Positions 31,603 to 42,658 of a stretch of DNA of 55,187 nt are shown here, one piece after another. The stretch is from the NCBI GenBank assembly GCA_023394655.1, contig JAEXAG010000154.1, forward strand, positions 1 through 55,187. The letters run 5' to 3'. The notes under the pieces were generated by a model. That model was not told the DNA's origin and searched no databases. It worked only from the letters and a program-made list of their open reading frames with translations. Within the stretch, counting starts at the first letter, position 1. Each line of letters starts with the position of its first letter. The stretch is from Pseudomonadota bacterium (GTDB lineage: Bacteria > Pseudomonadota > Gammaproteobacteria > Xanthomonadales > Xanthomonadaceae). The translations under genes were made by a program, and so were the position numbers.

Positions 31603-32169
31603 ATGGAACGACGCAAACGCAGACTGCCGCTCCGGCCCATCGGATGGCTGTTGTTCGCACTCTTCCTGGCGTGGGCGTGGCGGCAGCCGTGGGCTGAAGC
31701 CCTGCGCCTGTCTTGGGCGCTTTCTCGCATGGACCCGCCCGTCGCGTTGCCGGTGCCGGTCGAGGGCGTGGCCGCCCGGCGCATCGCCGATACCTGGGGC
31801 GCGGCGCGCAGCGGCGGCCGCCGACACGAGGGCGTGGACATCTTCGCCGCACGCGGCACGCCGGTGCGCGCCAGCACCCGCGGCGTGGTCTCCGGCGTGC
31901 GCGAAGGCGGACTGGGCGGACGCCAGGTGTGGCTGATCGGCCCCGCCGGCGAGCGCCACTATTACGCGCACCTGGAGGGTTTCGCGCCCGGCCTGCAGCG
32001 CATGGACATCGTCGAGCCGGGGGATCTGCTCGGCTTCGTCGGCGACAGCGGCAACGCCCGCGGCACGCCGCCGCACCTGCATTACGGCATCTATGGCGGC
32101 AGCGGGGCCTACAATCCGTGGCCCCTGCTGCAGGCTGCCGCCGATGCCGACGGAAAACCACGCCGCTGA
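31603..32169 (+). CDS. M23 family metallopeptidase with an N-terminal TM helix
   Basis: HEGVD (HxxxD), YYAHL and PHLHYG (HxH). Confidence 0.88.
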   Translation: MERRKRRLPLRPIGWLLFALFLAWAWRQPWAEALRLSWALSRMDPPVALPVPVEGVAARRIADTWGAARSGGRRHEGVDIFAARGTPVRASTRGVVSGVREGGLGGRQVWLIGPAGERHYYAHLEGFAPGLQRMDIVEPGDLLGFVGDSGNARGTPPHLHYGIYGGSGAYNPWPLLQAAADADGKPRR

Positions 32170-33412
32170 CAACTTGCACCCCGCCCGTCCCGGCTTCGCC
32201 GAGGCCCTGCGCTGGTGGTTCAAGCTCGGCTGCATCAGCTTCGGCGGCCCGGCCGGGCAGATCGCGCTGATGCATGACGAAATGGTCGAGCGCCGGCGCT
32301 GGATCGACGAGGAAGGCTTCGTCCGCGCCCTCAACTACTGCATGCTGCTGCCCGGCCCAGAGGCCCAGCAGCTGGCGACCTATATCGGCTGGCGATTGCA
32401 CGGCGTCCGCGGCGGCGTGGCGGCCGGCGCGCTGTTCATCCTGCCCTCGCTGCTGCTGTTCCTGCTGCTTTCATGGGCCTACGTGGTCTGGCAGCACGTC
32501 CCCGCCGTCGAACATGCGATGGCAGGACTCCGGCCTGTGGTGGTGGCGATCATCGCGATGGCCGCCTGGCGACTCGGCCGGCGGATGCTCAAGCGGCCGG
32601 CGCACTGGACGATCGCCGCGGGCGGATTCATCGGGCTGGCGTGGCTGGGGCTGCCCTTCCCGCTTTTGGTGGCCCTTGCCGCCGCCGCGGGGGCGCTGCT
32701 GCTGCGCCCTGGCGCTTCCCGGGCTCCGCCGCCGTCCTCGCCGCGCGCCGGCGCACCCAGCCCCTGGCGATTGCTGCCGAAAGCACTGCTGGCCTGTGCC
32801 TTTCTCTGGGGGATGGCCTTCGTGCTGCTGCCGGCGGGCACGCTGGCGACGATGGCGCTGTTTTTCACCCAGGCCGCCTTCCTCACCTTCGGCGGGGCAT
32901 ATGCGGTGCTGCCCTACATCGATGCCGCGGCGGTCGGCCGCTACGGCTGGCTGGCGCCGGGGCAGATGCTGGATGGCCTGGCGCTTGGCGAAACCACGCC
33001 CGGGCCATTGATCATGATCGTCACCTTCGTCGGCTTCGTCGGTGCCTGGAACCTGGGCGAGGGCGACCTCGGCATGGCGCTGGCCGGCGGACTGGTGGCA
33101 ACGCTGTTCACCTTCATCCCCAGCTTCCTGCTGGTGCTCGCCGGCGCGCCGCTGGTCGAGGCCAGCGGACGCCACTCGCGGCTGGACGCGCCGCTGGCCG
33201 GCATCGGGGCGGTCGTCATCGGTGTCATCGCCCACCTCGCCTTCCGCTTCGGCAATTCCACGTTCCGGCCGGATGGTCGCTTCGACCCCTTCGCCCTGCT
33301 GCTGGCGGTGATGGCGCTCCTGGCGATGGCGCGGTGGCGCATCGGTGTGCTGCCGCTGATGGTGGCCGGCGTGCTGGCCGGACTGGCGCGGCATCTGTTC
33401 TCGCCTGGTTGA
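32144..33412 (+). CDS. chrA: Chromate efflux transporter, long-chain CHR family
   Basis: [34 protein letters not shown] and ETTPGPLI in two repeated halves. The start codon is uncertain. Confidence 0.9.
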   Translation: MPTENHAADNLHPARPGFAEALRWWFKLGCISFGGPAGQIALMHDEMVERRRWIDEEGFVRALNYCMLLPGPEAQQLATYIGWRLHGVRGGVAAGALFILPSLLLFLLLSWAYVVWQHVPAVEHAMAGLRPVVVAIIAMAAWRLGRRMLKRPAHWTIAAGGFIGLAWLGLPFPLLVALAAAAGALLLRPGASRAPPPSSPRAGAPSPWRLLPKALLACAFLWGMAFVLLPAGTLATMALFFTQAAFLTFGGAYAVLPYIDAAAVGRYGWLAPGQMLDGLALGETTPGPLIMIVTFVGFVGAWNLGEGDLGMALAGGLVATLFTFIPSFLLVLAGAPLVEASGRHSRLDAPLAGIGAVVIGVIAHLAFRFGNSTFRPDGRFDPFALLLAVMALLAMARWRIGVLPLMVAGVLAGLARHLFSPG

Positions 33413-33452
33413 GGCCGGGCGCGTTAGCATCGCTCCATTGCGCGGAGGACAC

Positions 33453-33878
33453 ATGGACAAGCGTTTCTGGATCTGCGGCATCGTCATGAGCATCGCGGCG
33501 ATGGTGCTGGATTTCCTCATCCACGGCCTGCTGCTGCGCGCCGATTACGCGGCGCTGGCGGCGGAAGGATTCGTGCGCGGGGAGGCCGATGGCAGCCGCT
33601 ACCTGCCGTGGATGCTCCTCGCCCACGTCTTCATCGGCTTCGGGCTGACCTGGCTCTACCGGATGCTGCATCCGCGCGCGGGCAGCACGCCGGGCCAGGG
33701 GCTTCGCTTCGGCGCGGCGGTAGCGGCCACGGCCACCATTCCCGGCTACCTCGTCCATTACGCCGTCCAGCCGTGGCCACCGGGACTGGTGGCGAAGCAG
33801 GTCATCGCCAGCACCATCGCGATAATCCTGCTGGGCCTGCTGCTCTCGTGGCTGCAGCCGCGGCGCACCGCACTGTGA
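33453..33878 (+). CDS. Hypothetical membrane protein (about 4 TM)
   Basis: GGAGG SD, hydrophobic segments and coding-like codon use. Confidence 0.7.
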   Translation: MDKRFWICGIVMSIAAMVLDFLIHGLLLRADYAALAAEGFVRGEADGSRYLPWMLLAHVFIGFGLTWLYRMLHPRAGSTPGQGLRFGAAVAATATIPGYLVHYAVQPWPPGLVAKQVIASTIAIILLGLLLSWLQPRRTAL

Positions 33879-33886
33879 GCAGATCG

Positions 33887-34588
33887 ATGAAGCACGCCTT
33901 CTTGCGCATTTCGGCCCCGATTGCCGCCTGCGTGCTCGCCGCATCGCTGGCCGCTTGCGGCGGCAGCGATTCACCGCGATCCGGCACTTCCGGGTCCGAC
34001 GCGAACACGCCCGGCGCTTCCGGATTGCCGACGCCCGATTCCGCCGGCGGATCGATCACCGGAATGCCCGACGCCGGCCCCGGCGCACCGACCGATCTCG
34101 GCACGCCGCCGGAACCCGAAGCCCCGCCTGAAGCGGAGACTGGCAGCGAACTCGATCCGGAAGCCCCGGCGGAAGCCGAGCCGGGCACCCCGTCCCCCGT
34201 CGAGGAGGCCGGCGACGGCCCGGGCGCGGATGCCGCCGTGCAACTGGTGCGCGATTACTACGCCGCCATCAACCAGCGCCAGTTCGATCGCGCCTACCAG
34301 CTGTGGAGCGGTGCCGGCGCGGCCAGCGGCCAGAGCCCCGCGCAATTCGCGCTCGGGTTCGCGGACACGCGCGGGGTATCGGTGCAGATCGGGCGACCGG
34401 GCCGCATCGACCCGGGGGCCGGCCAGCGCCGCATCGAAGTGCCGGTGCAGCTGTCCGCCACCCGCCAGGATGGCAGCGAGGTCCGCTACATCGGCAGCTA
34501 CGTCCTGCATCGCACGGTGGTCGATGGCGCGAGCGCGGCGCAGCGCGGTTGGCGGATCGAGTCCGCCTCGCTGAAGGAGCTCCGCTGA
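33887..34588 (+). CDS. Hypothetical lipoprotein with a Pro/Glu-rich linker and a C-terminal globular domain
   Basis: Lipobox LAAC, a disordered acidic linker, then VRDYYAAIN...WRIESA. Confidence 0.75.
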   Translation: MKHAFLRISAPIAACVLAASLAACGGSDSPRSGTSGSDANTPGASGLPTPDSAGGSITGMPDAGPGAPTDLGTPPEPEAPPEAETGSELDPEAPAEAEPGTPSPVEEAGDGPGADAAVQLVRDYYAAINQRQFDRAYQLWSGAGAASGQSPAQFALGFADTRGVSVQIGRPGRIDPGAGQRRIEVPVQLSATRQDGSEVRYIGSYVLHRTVVDGASAAQRGWRIESASLKELR

Positions 34589-34631
34589 AAGCGCCTGCTC
34601 GGGGCGCTTGATTCCTGCTTGAAGCCGCGCC

Positions 34632-35129
34632 TCAGGTCGCCGCCTTGCGCCTGCGCTTGGGTTGCAGCAGGGTGCCGGTGCAGTTCTCGTTGCCGCAACG
34701 GCAACCCCAGAGCTTCTTGAGGGCGGGGGTATGCGGCTCGTCGAGCACGATGCCGTAGTTGTAGGACAGCTCCTCGCCGGCGGCGATGTCGCGGATCGCC
34801 TCGATGTAGATCTTGTCCTTGTGCTTGCGGCCCTTCTCGTCCTTGTACAGCACCGCCTCGCAGTTGGGCGCGCAACTGTGGTTGATCCAGCGGCCGATGT
34901 TGCCCTCGACATTGGCGTCGATGACGTACTCGTCGTTGAGGGTGAACAGGAAGGTGTGGCCGTTTTCCTCGAGGCCGCCGTACTGGTTGTCGACATCGGC
35001 GTGGCTGCGCAGGAAGCCCTTGTAGCGGATCACCTGCTCGCCCTTGGCGATCGCCTCGGTGGCGAACACGCCGTTGCCGTGGATGTCCGACTTGCGGCGT
35101 TCGATCTTGCGGGTTTTCTTGCGGGCCAT
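34632..35129 (-). CDS. SET domain protein-lysine methyltransferase with post-SET
   Basis: IHGNGVFA, RWINHSCAPN, GEELSYNY and post-SET CRCGNENC. Confidence 0.92.
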   Translation of the reverse strand: MARKKTRKIERRKSDIHGNGVFATEAIAKGEQVIRYKGFLRSHADVDNQYGGLEENGHTFLFTLNDEYVIDANVEGNIGRWINHSCAPNCEAVLYKDEKGRKHKDKIYIEAIRDIAAGEELSYNYGIVLDEPHTPALKKLWGCRCGNENCTGTLLQPKRRRKAAT

Positions 35130-35231
35130 CGGGACTGGATCTGCGGGAGACGGCCCATTGTGGCGCAAAACCGTCGATGCGCCGACCCTGCTCGCCGACG
35201 CGCGGTGTTTGTCGCCGGGGCCGTCAAAGCG

Positions 35232-35257
35232 TACAATTCCGGTACTGATTCAATCCG
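35232..35257 (+). promoter_or_regulatory. suf operon -10 box and putative Rrf2 operator
   Basis: TACAAT at 35232-37, then the imperfect palindrome CGGTACTGA-T-TCAATCCG over the expected TSS. It resembles IscR-type sites. Confidence 0.45.
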
Positions 35258-35266
35258 CCCGCCGCC

Positions 35267-35719
35267 ATGCTTCGCGTCGCCAAGCTCACCGATTACGCCA
35301 CCCTGGTCATGACGGTGCTCGCCACGCGGCCGGGCGAGGTGGTGAACGCGAACGAACTGGCCGAAGCCGCCGGCATCGAAGTGCCCACCGCCTCCAAGGT
35401 GCTGAAGCCGCTGGCCCAGGCCGGCATGCTCGAAGGCATCCGCGGCGCGGGAGGCGGCTACCGGCTGGCGCGCGACGCCCGCGACATCTCGCTGGCCGAC
35501 ATCGTCGAGGCGATGGAAGGCCCGCTGGCGATGACCGAATGCAGCACCCATGACGGGCATTGCGGCATCGAGGATTCCTGTGGCGTTCGCGGCAACTGGC
35601 AACGCATCAACGACGTGGTGGCCGATGCACTTCGCGCCATCAGCCTGCACGAGATGGCCCACGGCGAGCCCGTCGGCCACGCGCGCAGGCGCATTCCCGC
35701 CCGCCTCGCGCTGGCCTGA
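35267..35719 (+). CDS. Rrf2-family (IscR-like) SUF system regulator
   Basis: KLTDYA, the [10 protein letters not shown] wing and three Cys (TEC..HC..SC). It heads the suf operon. Confidence 0.92.
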   Translation: MLRVAKLTDYATLVMTVLATRPGEVVNANELAEAAGIEVPTASKVLKPLAQAGMLEGIRGAGGGYRLARDARDISLADIVEAMEGPLAMTECSTHDGHCGIEDSCGVRGNWQRINDVVADALRAISLHEMAHGEPVGHARRRIPARLALA

Positions 35720-35729
35720 GGACAACCCG

Positions 35730-37205
35730 ATGAACGCACGACCCGAAACCGAACCCGTCGCCACCGCCACGGAGAACGCCGAGATCCACGCCCAGCTGGG
35801 CCGCAAGTACGAAGCCGGCTTCATCACCGAGATCGAAAGCGAAAGCCTGCCGCCGGGGCTCGACGAGGACATCATCCGCGCGCTCTCCGCCAAGAAGGAA
35901 GAACCGGAGTGGATGACCGAGTGGCGGCTGGCCGCCTATCGCCACTGGCTGACCATGCCGATGCCGGAATGGGCGAAGCTTTCCATCGCGCCGATCGATT
36001 TCCAGGCGCTGTCCTACTACTCTGCACCGAAGGGCCCGAAGTACAAATCGCTGGACGAAGTCCCGAAGGAACTGATCGAAACCTACGACAAGCTCGGCGT
36101 GCCGTTGCACGAGCGCGCCAGGCTGGCCGGCGTGGCGGTGGATGCCGTGTTCGATTCGGTCTCGGTCGGCACCACCTTCCGCAAGGAACTGGCGGAGAAG
36201 GGCATCATCTTCTGCTCGATGTCGGAAGCGATCAAGGATCATCCGGAGCTGGTGAGGCAGTACCTCGGCACGGTGGTGCCGGTGGGCGACAACTTCTTCG
36301 CGGCGCTGAACTCGGCGGTGTTTTCCGATGGCAGCTTCGTGTTCATCCCCAAGGGCGTGCGCTGCCCGATGGAGCTGTCCACCTACTTCCGCATCAATGC
36401 CGGCCACACCGGCCAGTTCGAGCGCACGCTGATCATCTGCGAGGACCAAGCCTACGTCAGCTACCTGGAAGGCTGCACCGCGCCGATGCGCGACGAGAAC
36501 CAGCTGCACGCGGCCGTGGTGGAGCTGGTCGCGCTGGAAGACGCCGAGATCAAGTATTCGACCGTGCAGAACTGGTATCCGGGCGACGAGAACGGCGTCG
36601 GCGGCATCTACAACTTCGTCACCAAGCGCGCCGAATGTCGCGGCGACCGCAGCAAGGTGATCTGGACCCAGGTGGAAACCGGCAGCGCCATCACCTGGAA
36701 GTACCCCAGCTGCGTACTGCTGGGCGATGACAGCAGCGGCGAGTTCCATTCCGTCGCGCTGACCCACCACCGCCAGCAGGCCGACACCGGTACCAAGATG
36801 ATCCACGTCGGCAAGCGCACCAAGAGCAAGATCGTCTCCAAGGGCATCAGTGCGGGGCACGGGCAGAACACCTACCGCGGGCTGGTCAAGGTGGCGAAGA
36901 GCGCCGAGGGCGCGCGCAACCACACCCAGTGCGACAGCCTGCTGATCGGCAAGAAATGCGGTGCCCACACCTTCCCCTACATCGAGGTGCGGCGGCCCGA
37001 TGCCACGGTGGAGCACGAAGCGACCACCTCCAAGATCAGCGACGACCAGTTGTTCTACTGCCGTGCCCGCGGCATCGGCGAGGAGGACGCGGTGTCGATG
37101 ATCGTCGACGGCTTCTGCAAGCAGGTCTTCCGCGAACTGCCGATGGAGTTCGCAGTGGAAGCCAAGAAGCTGCTGGAAGTTTCGCTGGAAGGGGCGGTGG
37201 GATGA
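35730..37205 (+). CDS. sufB: Fe-S cluster assembly protein SufB
   Basis: [36 protein letters not shown] and EHEATTSKI. Confidence 0.98.
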   Translation: MNARPETEPVATATENAEIHAQLGRKYEAGFITEIESESLPPGLDEDIIRALSAKKEEPEWMTEWRLAAYRHWLTMPMPEWAKLSIAPIDFQALSYYSAPKGPKYKSLDEVPKELIETYDKLGVPLHERARLAGVAVDAVFDSVSVGTTFRKELAEKGIIFCSMSEAIKDHPELVRQYLGTVVPVGDNFFAALNSAVFSDGSFVFIPKGVRCPMELSTYFRINAGHTGQFERTLIICEDQAYVSYLEGCTAPMRDENQLHAAVVELVALEDAEIKYSTVQNWYPGDENGVGGIYNFVTKRAECRGDRSKVIWTQVETGSAITWKYPSCVLLGDDSSGEFHSVALTHHRQQADTGTKMIHVGKRTKSKIVSKGISAGHGQNTYRGLVKVAKSAEGARNHTQCDSLLIGKKCGAHTFPYIEVRRPDATVEHEATTSKISDDQLFYCRARGIGEEDAVSMIVDGFCKQVFRELPMEFAVEAKKLLEVSLEGAVG

Positions 37206-37543
37206 AGCTCCGCCCCGCGCAACGGACGGCTTGGCGCGCCGAAATGCGGGCGGCCGGCAATGCCACGCGCAGTGGCCGATTGGATCGCGCATTCGCGCAC
37301 CTCGAACGTGCGCACGTGATCGGCCAGCGCAACGTCGCCGCGCACACGCTGTCGCATCTGGGCATGCTGCGGATCGGCTTCGCCAGACGCGATTTTCGCG
37401 AGATCTTCGGCCAGTTGCTGCGAATTCCGGCAGCACTGACCAAGACCCTGATCTGGGTGCCGCGCGGCAATACCGGGGGCGCCAACGTCAGCGCCTTCCA
37501 GCCGATGCCGGTACCCGACGACCTCAAACCCTACGTGAACTGA
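37202..37543 (+). CDS. DUF3703-like small protein inside the suf operon
   Basis: [12 protein letters not shown]...HTLSH...EIFGQ...[26 protein letters not shown] overlap with sufB, ends 2 nt before sufC. Confidence 0.75.
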   Translation: MKLRPAQRTAWRAEMRAAGNATRSGRLDRAFAHLERAHVIGQRNVAAHTLSHLGMLRIGFARRDFREIFGQLLRIPAALTKTLIWVPRGNTGGANVSAFQPMPVPDDLKPYVN

Positions 37544-37545
37544 CC

Positions 37546-38310
<765 letters not shown>

Positions 38311-38311
38311 C

Positions 38312-39544
38312 ATGGCCGCCCTGCTCGACTCCCTGCTCGCCGGCCGCGACGATGCCGCCGCCGGCGCGATCCGCCAGGCCGGCCTGCCCGGTCCGCGATC
38401 GGAAGCGTGGAAATACACCTCGCTGCGTGCGCTGGAACGCCGTGCGTTCGTTCCGGCCACCGCGCCGCGCGTCGATCCGGCCTTGATCGCCGGCATCCCG
38501 ACGCCGCGACTGGTGTTCGCCAACGGTCATTTCGATGCCGCGCTGTCCGACCTCGCCGGCCTGCCGGAAGGCATCAGGGTCGAACACGAGGTTGACGATG
38601 CCCGGATCGCCATCGAGGCCCACGAGACCCCATGGCAGCCGGCCGGCGATGCGGTGTTCACCAATCTCAATGCATTGCTCGCCGGGCAGGGCGTGCACAT
38701 CCGCGCCGACGTCGGCACCGATGCCACCGTGCACCTCGTAAGCCTGAACATCGCCGATTGCGAGGACCGCGCCATCCATCTGCGGCATTCGGTGCAGGTG
38801 GCGGAATCCGCATCGCTGCGGCTGGTCGAACACCAGTTGGGCGATGCCGGGCACGCCAACCTCGACAACAGCCGCATCGACGTGGCGCTCGCGGCCGGTG
38901 CCCGCCTCGCCCACCTGCGGGTGCAGGACGATGGCCCGCGCGCGACGCGCTTCCTGCGCAGCGAAGTGCGATTGGCCGCGGATGCGCAATACCGCCGCCT
39001 CGATCTCGAACTCGGCGCGGCGCTTTCCCGGCACGAACTCGACATCCGCCTGGAGGGCGAAGCCGCCCACGCCAGCGCCGGCGGCGTACTGCTGGCGGGT
39101 GGTCGCCGGCACCTGGATACACGGCTCGGTATCCACCACATCGCCCGCGACACCACCAGCGACCTGCCCTGGCGCGGCCTGGCCGAAGGCCGCGCGCGCG
39201 TGGCCTTCCATGGCGGCATCCGCATCGAAGCCGGTGCCGATGGCAGCGAAGCGGACCTGCAGAACCGCAACCTGCTGCTGTCCGAAGACGCGGAGATCGA
39301 CACCCAGCCGGTGCTGGTGATCCACGCCGACGAAGTGAAGGCGGCGCACGGCGCGACCGTCGGCCAGCTGGATGCCAATGCGCTGTTCTACCTGCGCTCG
39401 CGCGGGCTGCCCGAGCCGGATGCACGTCGCATCCTCACCGCCGCGTTCTGCCGCAGCGTGTTGTCGCGGGTGGAAGATGCCGCGCTGGCCGCGCTCCTCG
39501 AGCGCCGGCTGGACGACGCACTGGCGCGGATGCAGGCGGCATGA
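38312..39544 (+). CDS. sufD: Fe-S cluster assembly protein SufD
   Basis: EAWKYT, NRNLLLS and IHADEVKAAHGATVGQLD..ALFYLRSRG. Confidence 0.95.
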   Translation: MAALLDSLLAGRDDAAAGAIRQAGLPGPRSEAWKYTSLRALERRAFVPATAPRVDPALIAGIPTPRLVFANGHFDAALSDLAGLPEGIRVEHEVDDARIAIEAHETPWQPAGDAVFTNLNALLAGQGVHIRADVGTDATVHLVSLNIADCEDRAIHLRHSVQVAESASLRLVEHQLGDAGHANLDNSRIDVALAAGARLAHLRVQDDGPRATRFLRSEVRLAADAQYRRLDLELGAALSRHELDIRLEGEAAHASAGGVLLAGGRRHLDTRLGIHHIARDTTSDLPWRGLAEGRARVAFHGGIRIEAGADGSEADLQNRNLLLSEDAEIDTQPVLVIHADEVKAAHGATVGQLDANALFYLRSRGLPEPDARRILTAAFCRSVLSRVEDAALAALLERRLDDALARMQAA

Positions 39545-40764
39545 GCGCCATCGACTGGAACGCCGTGCGCGCGGATTTCCCGCTGCTGAGCCGCGAGGTG
39601 CATGGCAAGCCGCTGGTGTACCTGGATTCGGCCAATACCAGCCAGAAGCCGCGCCAGGTCATCGAGTGCGTGGATGCGTTCTATCGCCGCCACAACGCCA
39701 ACGTCAGCCGCGCGGTGCACCAGCTCGGCAGCGAGGCGACCGAGCAGTACGAGGGCGCGCGCGGCAAGCTCGCGGCCTTCCTCAAGGTGCGTCGCGAGGA
39801 TCTGGTACTGACCAGCGGCACCACCTTCGCCATCAACCTGGTCGCCTATTCGTGGGCGCTGCCGCGCTTGAAGGCCGGCGACGTGATCCTGCTCTCGCGC
39901 ATGGAACACCACGCCAACATCGTGCCCTGGCAGCTGGTGGCCGAACGCAGCGGCGCGACGATCCGCGTGGCCGAGCTCACGCCCGATGGCGCGCTGGACA
40001 TGGACGCGCTGCACAAGGCGATGAGCGCGGACGTGAAGCTGCTCGGCCTTGCCCACGTCAGCAACGTGCTGGGCACGGTCAACCCGGTTCGCGAAATCTG
40101 CAGGGAAGCACGCAAGCGCGGCATCGTCACCGTCATCGACGGTTCGCAGGCCGCCCCGCACATGCCGCTGGACGTGCCGGCCATCGACTGCGATTTCTAC
40201 GTCGGCACCGGCCACAAGCTGTGCGGCCCGACCGGCACCGGCTTCCTCTGGGCCCGCCGCGGCATGCTGGCCGAGATGCCGCCATTCATCGGCGGTGGCG
40301 AAATGATCAAGGAAGTCCGCTTCGACGGCTCCGTGTTCAACGATCCGCCGCACAAGTTCGAAGCCGGCACGCCCAACATCGCCGGCCACGTCGGGCTGGG
40401 CACGGCGGTGGACTATCTGGCGGGCATCGGCATGGAGGCGATCCAGGCCCGCGAGGCGGATCTGCTGGCGCATGCCACCGAGGCGATGTCCGCCATCGAC
40501 GGGCTGCGGGTGATCGGCACCGCGCCGGGCAAGGCGGCGATCATCTCGTTCCTGATCGACGGCACCCACGCCCACGACCTTGCCACCCTGCTCGATCTCG
40601 AAGGCGTCGCCGTGCGCTCCGGCCAGCACTGCGCGCATCCGCTGCTGCAGTTCTTCGGCGTCACCGCCACCTGCCGCGCATCGCTGGCCTTCTACAACAC
40701 GCACGAGGATGTTGATGCGCTGGTGGCGGCGATCCACAAGGTCCGCAAGCTGCTGGTGGCGTGA
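39541..40764 (+). CDS. sufS: Cysteine desulfurase SufS
   Basis: YLDSANTSQKP, EHHANIVPW, GHKLCGPTG (PLP Lys) and RSGQHCA. Confidence 0.96.
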   Translation: MSAIDWNAVRADFPLLSREVHGKPLVYLDSANTSQKPRQVIECVDAFYRRHNANVSRAVHQLGSEATEQYEGARGKLAAFLKVRREDLVLTSGTTFAINLVAYSWALPRLKAGDVILLSRMEHHANIVPWQLVAERSGATIRVAELTPDGALDMDALHKAMSADVKLLGLAHVSNVLGTVNPVREICREARKRGIVTVIDGSQAAPHMPLDVPAIDCDFYVGTGHKLCGPTGTGFLWARRGMLAEMPPFIGGGEMIKEVRFDGSVFNDPPHKFEAGTPNIAGHVGLGTAVDYLAGIGMEAIQAREADLLAHATEAMSAIDGLRVIGTAPGKAAIISFLIDGTHAHDLATLLDLEGVAVRSGQHCAHPLLQFFGVTATCRASLAFYNTHEDVDALVAAIHKVRKLLVA

Positions 40765-40817
40765 CACACTGCGTCCCGCAACCTTCCAACCTGCCCTTGT
40801 CGCTGCCCGCCCCATGA
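40761..40817 (+). CDS. Putative 18-aa bridging mini-ORF between sufS and the GNAT gene
   Basis: GTGA overlap with the sufS stop, peptide (M)THCVPQPSNLPLSLPAP, and ATGA overlap with the GNAT start. Confidence 0.35.
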   Translation: MTHCVPQPSNLPLSLPAP

Positions 40818-41335
40818 GCCTCGCCTTCCGCCACGGCACCGAAGCCGACATTCCGCTGCTGGTGGAACTGGTCACCGCCAGCTATCGCGGCGAAGCCAGC
40901 CGCGCCGGCTGGACCACCGAAGCCGACCTGCTCGACGGGCCGCGCATCGATGCCGAACGCCTGCAGGCCGACCTGCGCCGGCCCGAGAGCCTGGTGCTAC
41001 TGGGCGAGCGCGATGGCCGCACGCTGGCTTGTGCCCACGTGGCGGTGGAAGACGGCGCCGGCTACTTCGGGATGTTCTCGGTCTGGCCGCAGATGCAGGG
41101 CACCGGCCTGGGCAAGGCCATGCTCGCCGAGGCCGAGCGGATCGCGCGTGAGGTGCTGGGGCAATCGCGAATGCGCATGACGGTGATCGACGTGCGCGAG
41201 AAGCTCATCGCCTGGTACGAGCGCCGCGGCTACCGGCGGACCGGCATCCACAAACCCTTCCCTTACGGCGACGAGCGCTTCGGCATCCCGCGACGCGACG
41301 ACCTCAAGTTCGAGATCCTGGAGAAAGACCTGTGA
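40814..41335 (+). CDS. GNAT family N-acetyltransferase
   Basis: FSVWPQMQGTGLGKAML acetyl-CoA motif, GWTTEA and WYERRGY. Confidence 0.9.
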   Translation: MSLAFRHGTEADIPLLVELVTASYRGEASRAGWTTEADLLDGPRIDAERLQADLRRPESLVLLGERDGRTLACAHVAVEDGAGYFGMFSVWPQMQGTGLGKAMLAEAERIAREVLGQSRMRMTVIDVREKLIAWYERRGYRRTGIHKPFPYGDERFGIPRRDDLKFEILEKDL

Positions 41336-41664
41336 GCGATGACCTGCGCGATTGGGAGTTCGTCTGCACCGAGGCGGAACTCCTGCCCGGCGAGAAACGG
41401 ACCGTCTGGCACGGTGATACCCCGATCCTCGTGGTCAACCTCGACGGTGCCTACTACGCGGTCGAGGACAAGTGCACGCACGAGGATTTCGAGCTGTCGC
41501 CGGGCGAAGTCGATGCCGAGGCCGGCACCATCGAATGCGTCCTGCACGGCGCCAAGTTCGACCTGCGCAACGGCGATGCCACCTGTGCCCCGGCCTACGA
41601 GCCGGTCGCCAAGTTCCCGGTGAAGGTGGTGGATGGCGCCATCTGGACCCGCGACGACCGCTGA
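41332..41664 (+). CDS. Rieske-type [2Fe-2S] ferredoxin
   Basis: CTHE...CVLHGAKFDL Rieske motifs. GTGA overlap with the GNAT stop. Confidence 0.92.
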   Translation: MSDDLRDWEFVCTEAELLPGEKRTVWHGDTPILVVNLDGAYYAVEDKCTHEDFELSPGEVDAEAGTIECVLHGAKFDLRNGDATCAPAYEPVAKFPVKVVDGAIWTRDDR

Positions 41665-41694
41665 GCGCGGCCGCCGCCGGGCCGCGCCGCCGGC

Positions 41695-42477
41695 TCAGGC
41701 AATCGCCGGCGCGCGATAGTTCATCTGGGTCATCAGATCGACGCCGCACTCCAGGCCTTCGAGCCAGACGAGGAAATCCGCCAACGCCTCGCCCTTCATC
41801 GGCAGGCCGTGCTGCGGCACGATCATCACCGGGTCGATCTCGCGCACCATGTTGACCCACAGGCGCAGCACCCGGTTGGACGCCATGTAGCGGCGATGGA
41901 AGCCTTCCATCCGCCGGCGATGCTCGGCGAAGCCGGTTTCGACGAAACGGTAGGCCTCGCCGCTCGGAATGAGCGAAGCGCCGATGTCGCCCGAGAACAG
42001 GATGCGGCTGGTCGGGTCGTACACGCCGAAATTGCCCACCGAGTGCATGAAGTGCTCCGGCACCAGGTGCACTCGCGCATCACCGAGCTCCACGGCGCCG
42101 CCGCCATCGGGGATCAGGCGGTAGCGGTCGCGGCCGGCGTTCTTCATGTAACCCGGTACCACGTGCGGCACGAAACGTCCCCACAACTCGGAACAGACGA
42201 TCGTCGCCTCGGTGTAGAGCAGCCACTTGTCGACCGAGCCGATGATGTCCGGGTCCTGGTGCGAACAGAGGATCCAGTCCACCTCGGTCGGCTTGACGTA
42301 CTGGCCCATCGCCAGGATCAGCGGGTTGTAGATGAGTGCGCCACCCGGATCCAGCAGCGCCGAATGCTTGCCGTGCTGGATCAGGAACTGGTTGGCCTGG
42401 ACGCCGTCGTCGCCGCGGACCAGATCGTTGAAGGCGATGCAGCGGTGCTCGCCGGTTTCGTACAGGACTGTTGCCAT
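41695..42477 (-). CDS. MBL-fold di-iron protein, ODP-like (stand-alone, no flavodoxin domain)
   Basis: VQANQFLI, LLDPGG, SHQDPDI, HFMHSVGNF, LFSGDIG and PQHG. GAGGAG SD upstream. Confidence 0.8.
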   Translation of the reverse strand: MATVLYETGEHRCIAFNDLVRGDDGVQANQFLIQHGKHSALLDPGGALIYNPLILAMGQYVKPTEVDWILCSHQDPDIIGSVDKWLLYTEATIVCSELWGRFVPHVVPGYMKNAGRDRYRLIPDGGGAVELGDARVHLVPEHFMHSVGNFGVYDPTSRILFSGDIGASLIPSGEAYRFVETGFAEHRRRMEGFHRRYMASNRVLRLWVNMVREIDPVMIVPQHGLPMKGEALADFLVWLEGLECGVDLMTQMNYRAPAIA

Positions 42478-42590
42478 GGTTTGCTCCTCGAAGGCTGCTT
42501 AAGTTAGCCGACTGCGGCGACGTTCACCTGAGCCGAATCAAATCCACAGGCCCGGATCGGAAAACGGAATGGATCCAAATTCTTGTTGCT

Positions 42591-42612
42591 GATGCGAACC
42601 GTTCTCATTATC
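42591..42612. promoter_or_regulatory. Putative Fur box
   Basis: GATGCGAACCGTTCTCATTATC has ATGcGAAC-C-GTTCtCAT inverted repeats plus the CATTATC Fur half-site. It lies about 47 nt before a siderophore receptor. Confidence 0.7.
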
Positions 42613-42658
42613 CTTATCGACGGCATCGCAATTCTGCCCTTTTCGAAACGACAAGCGC

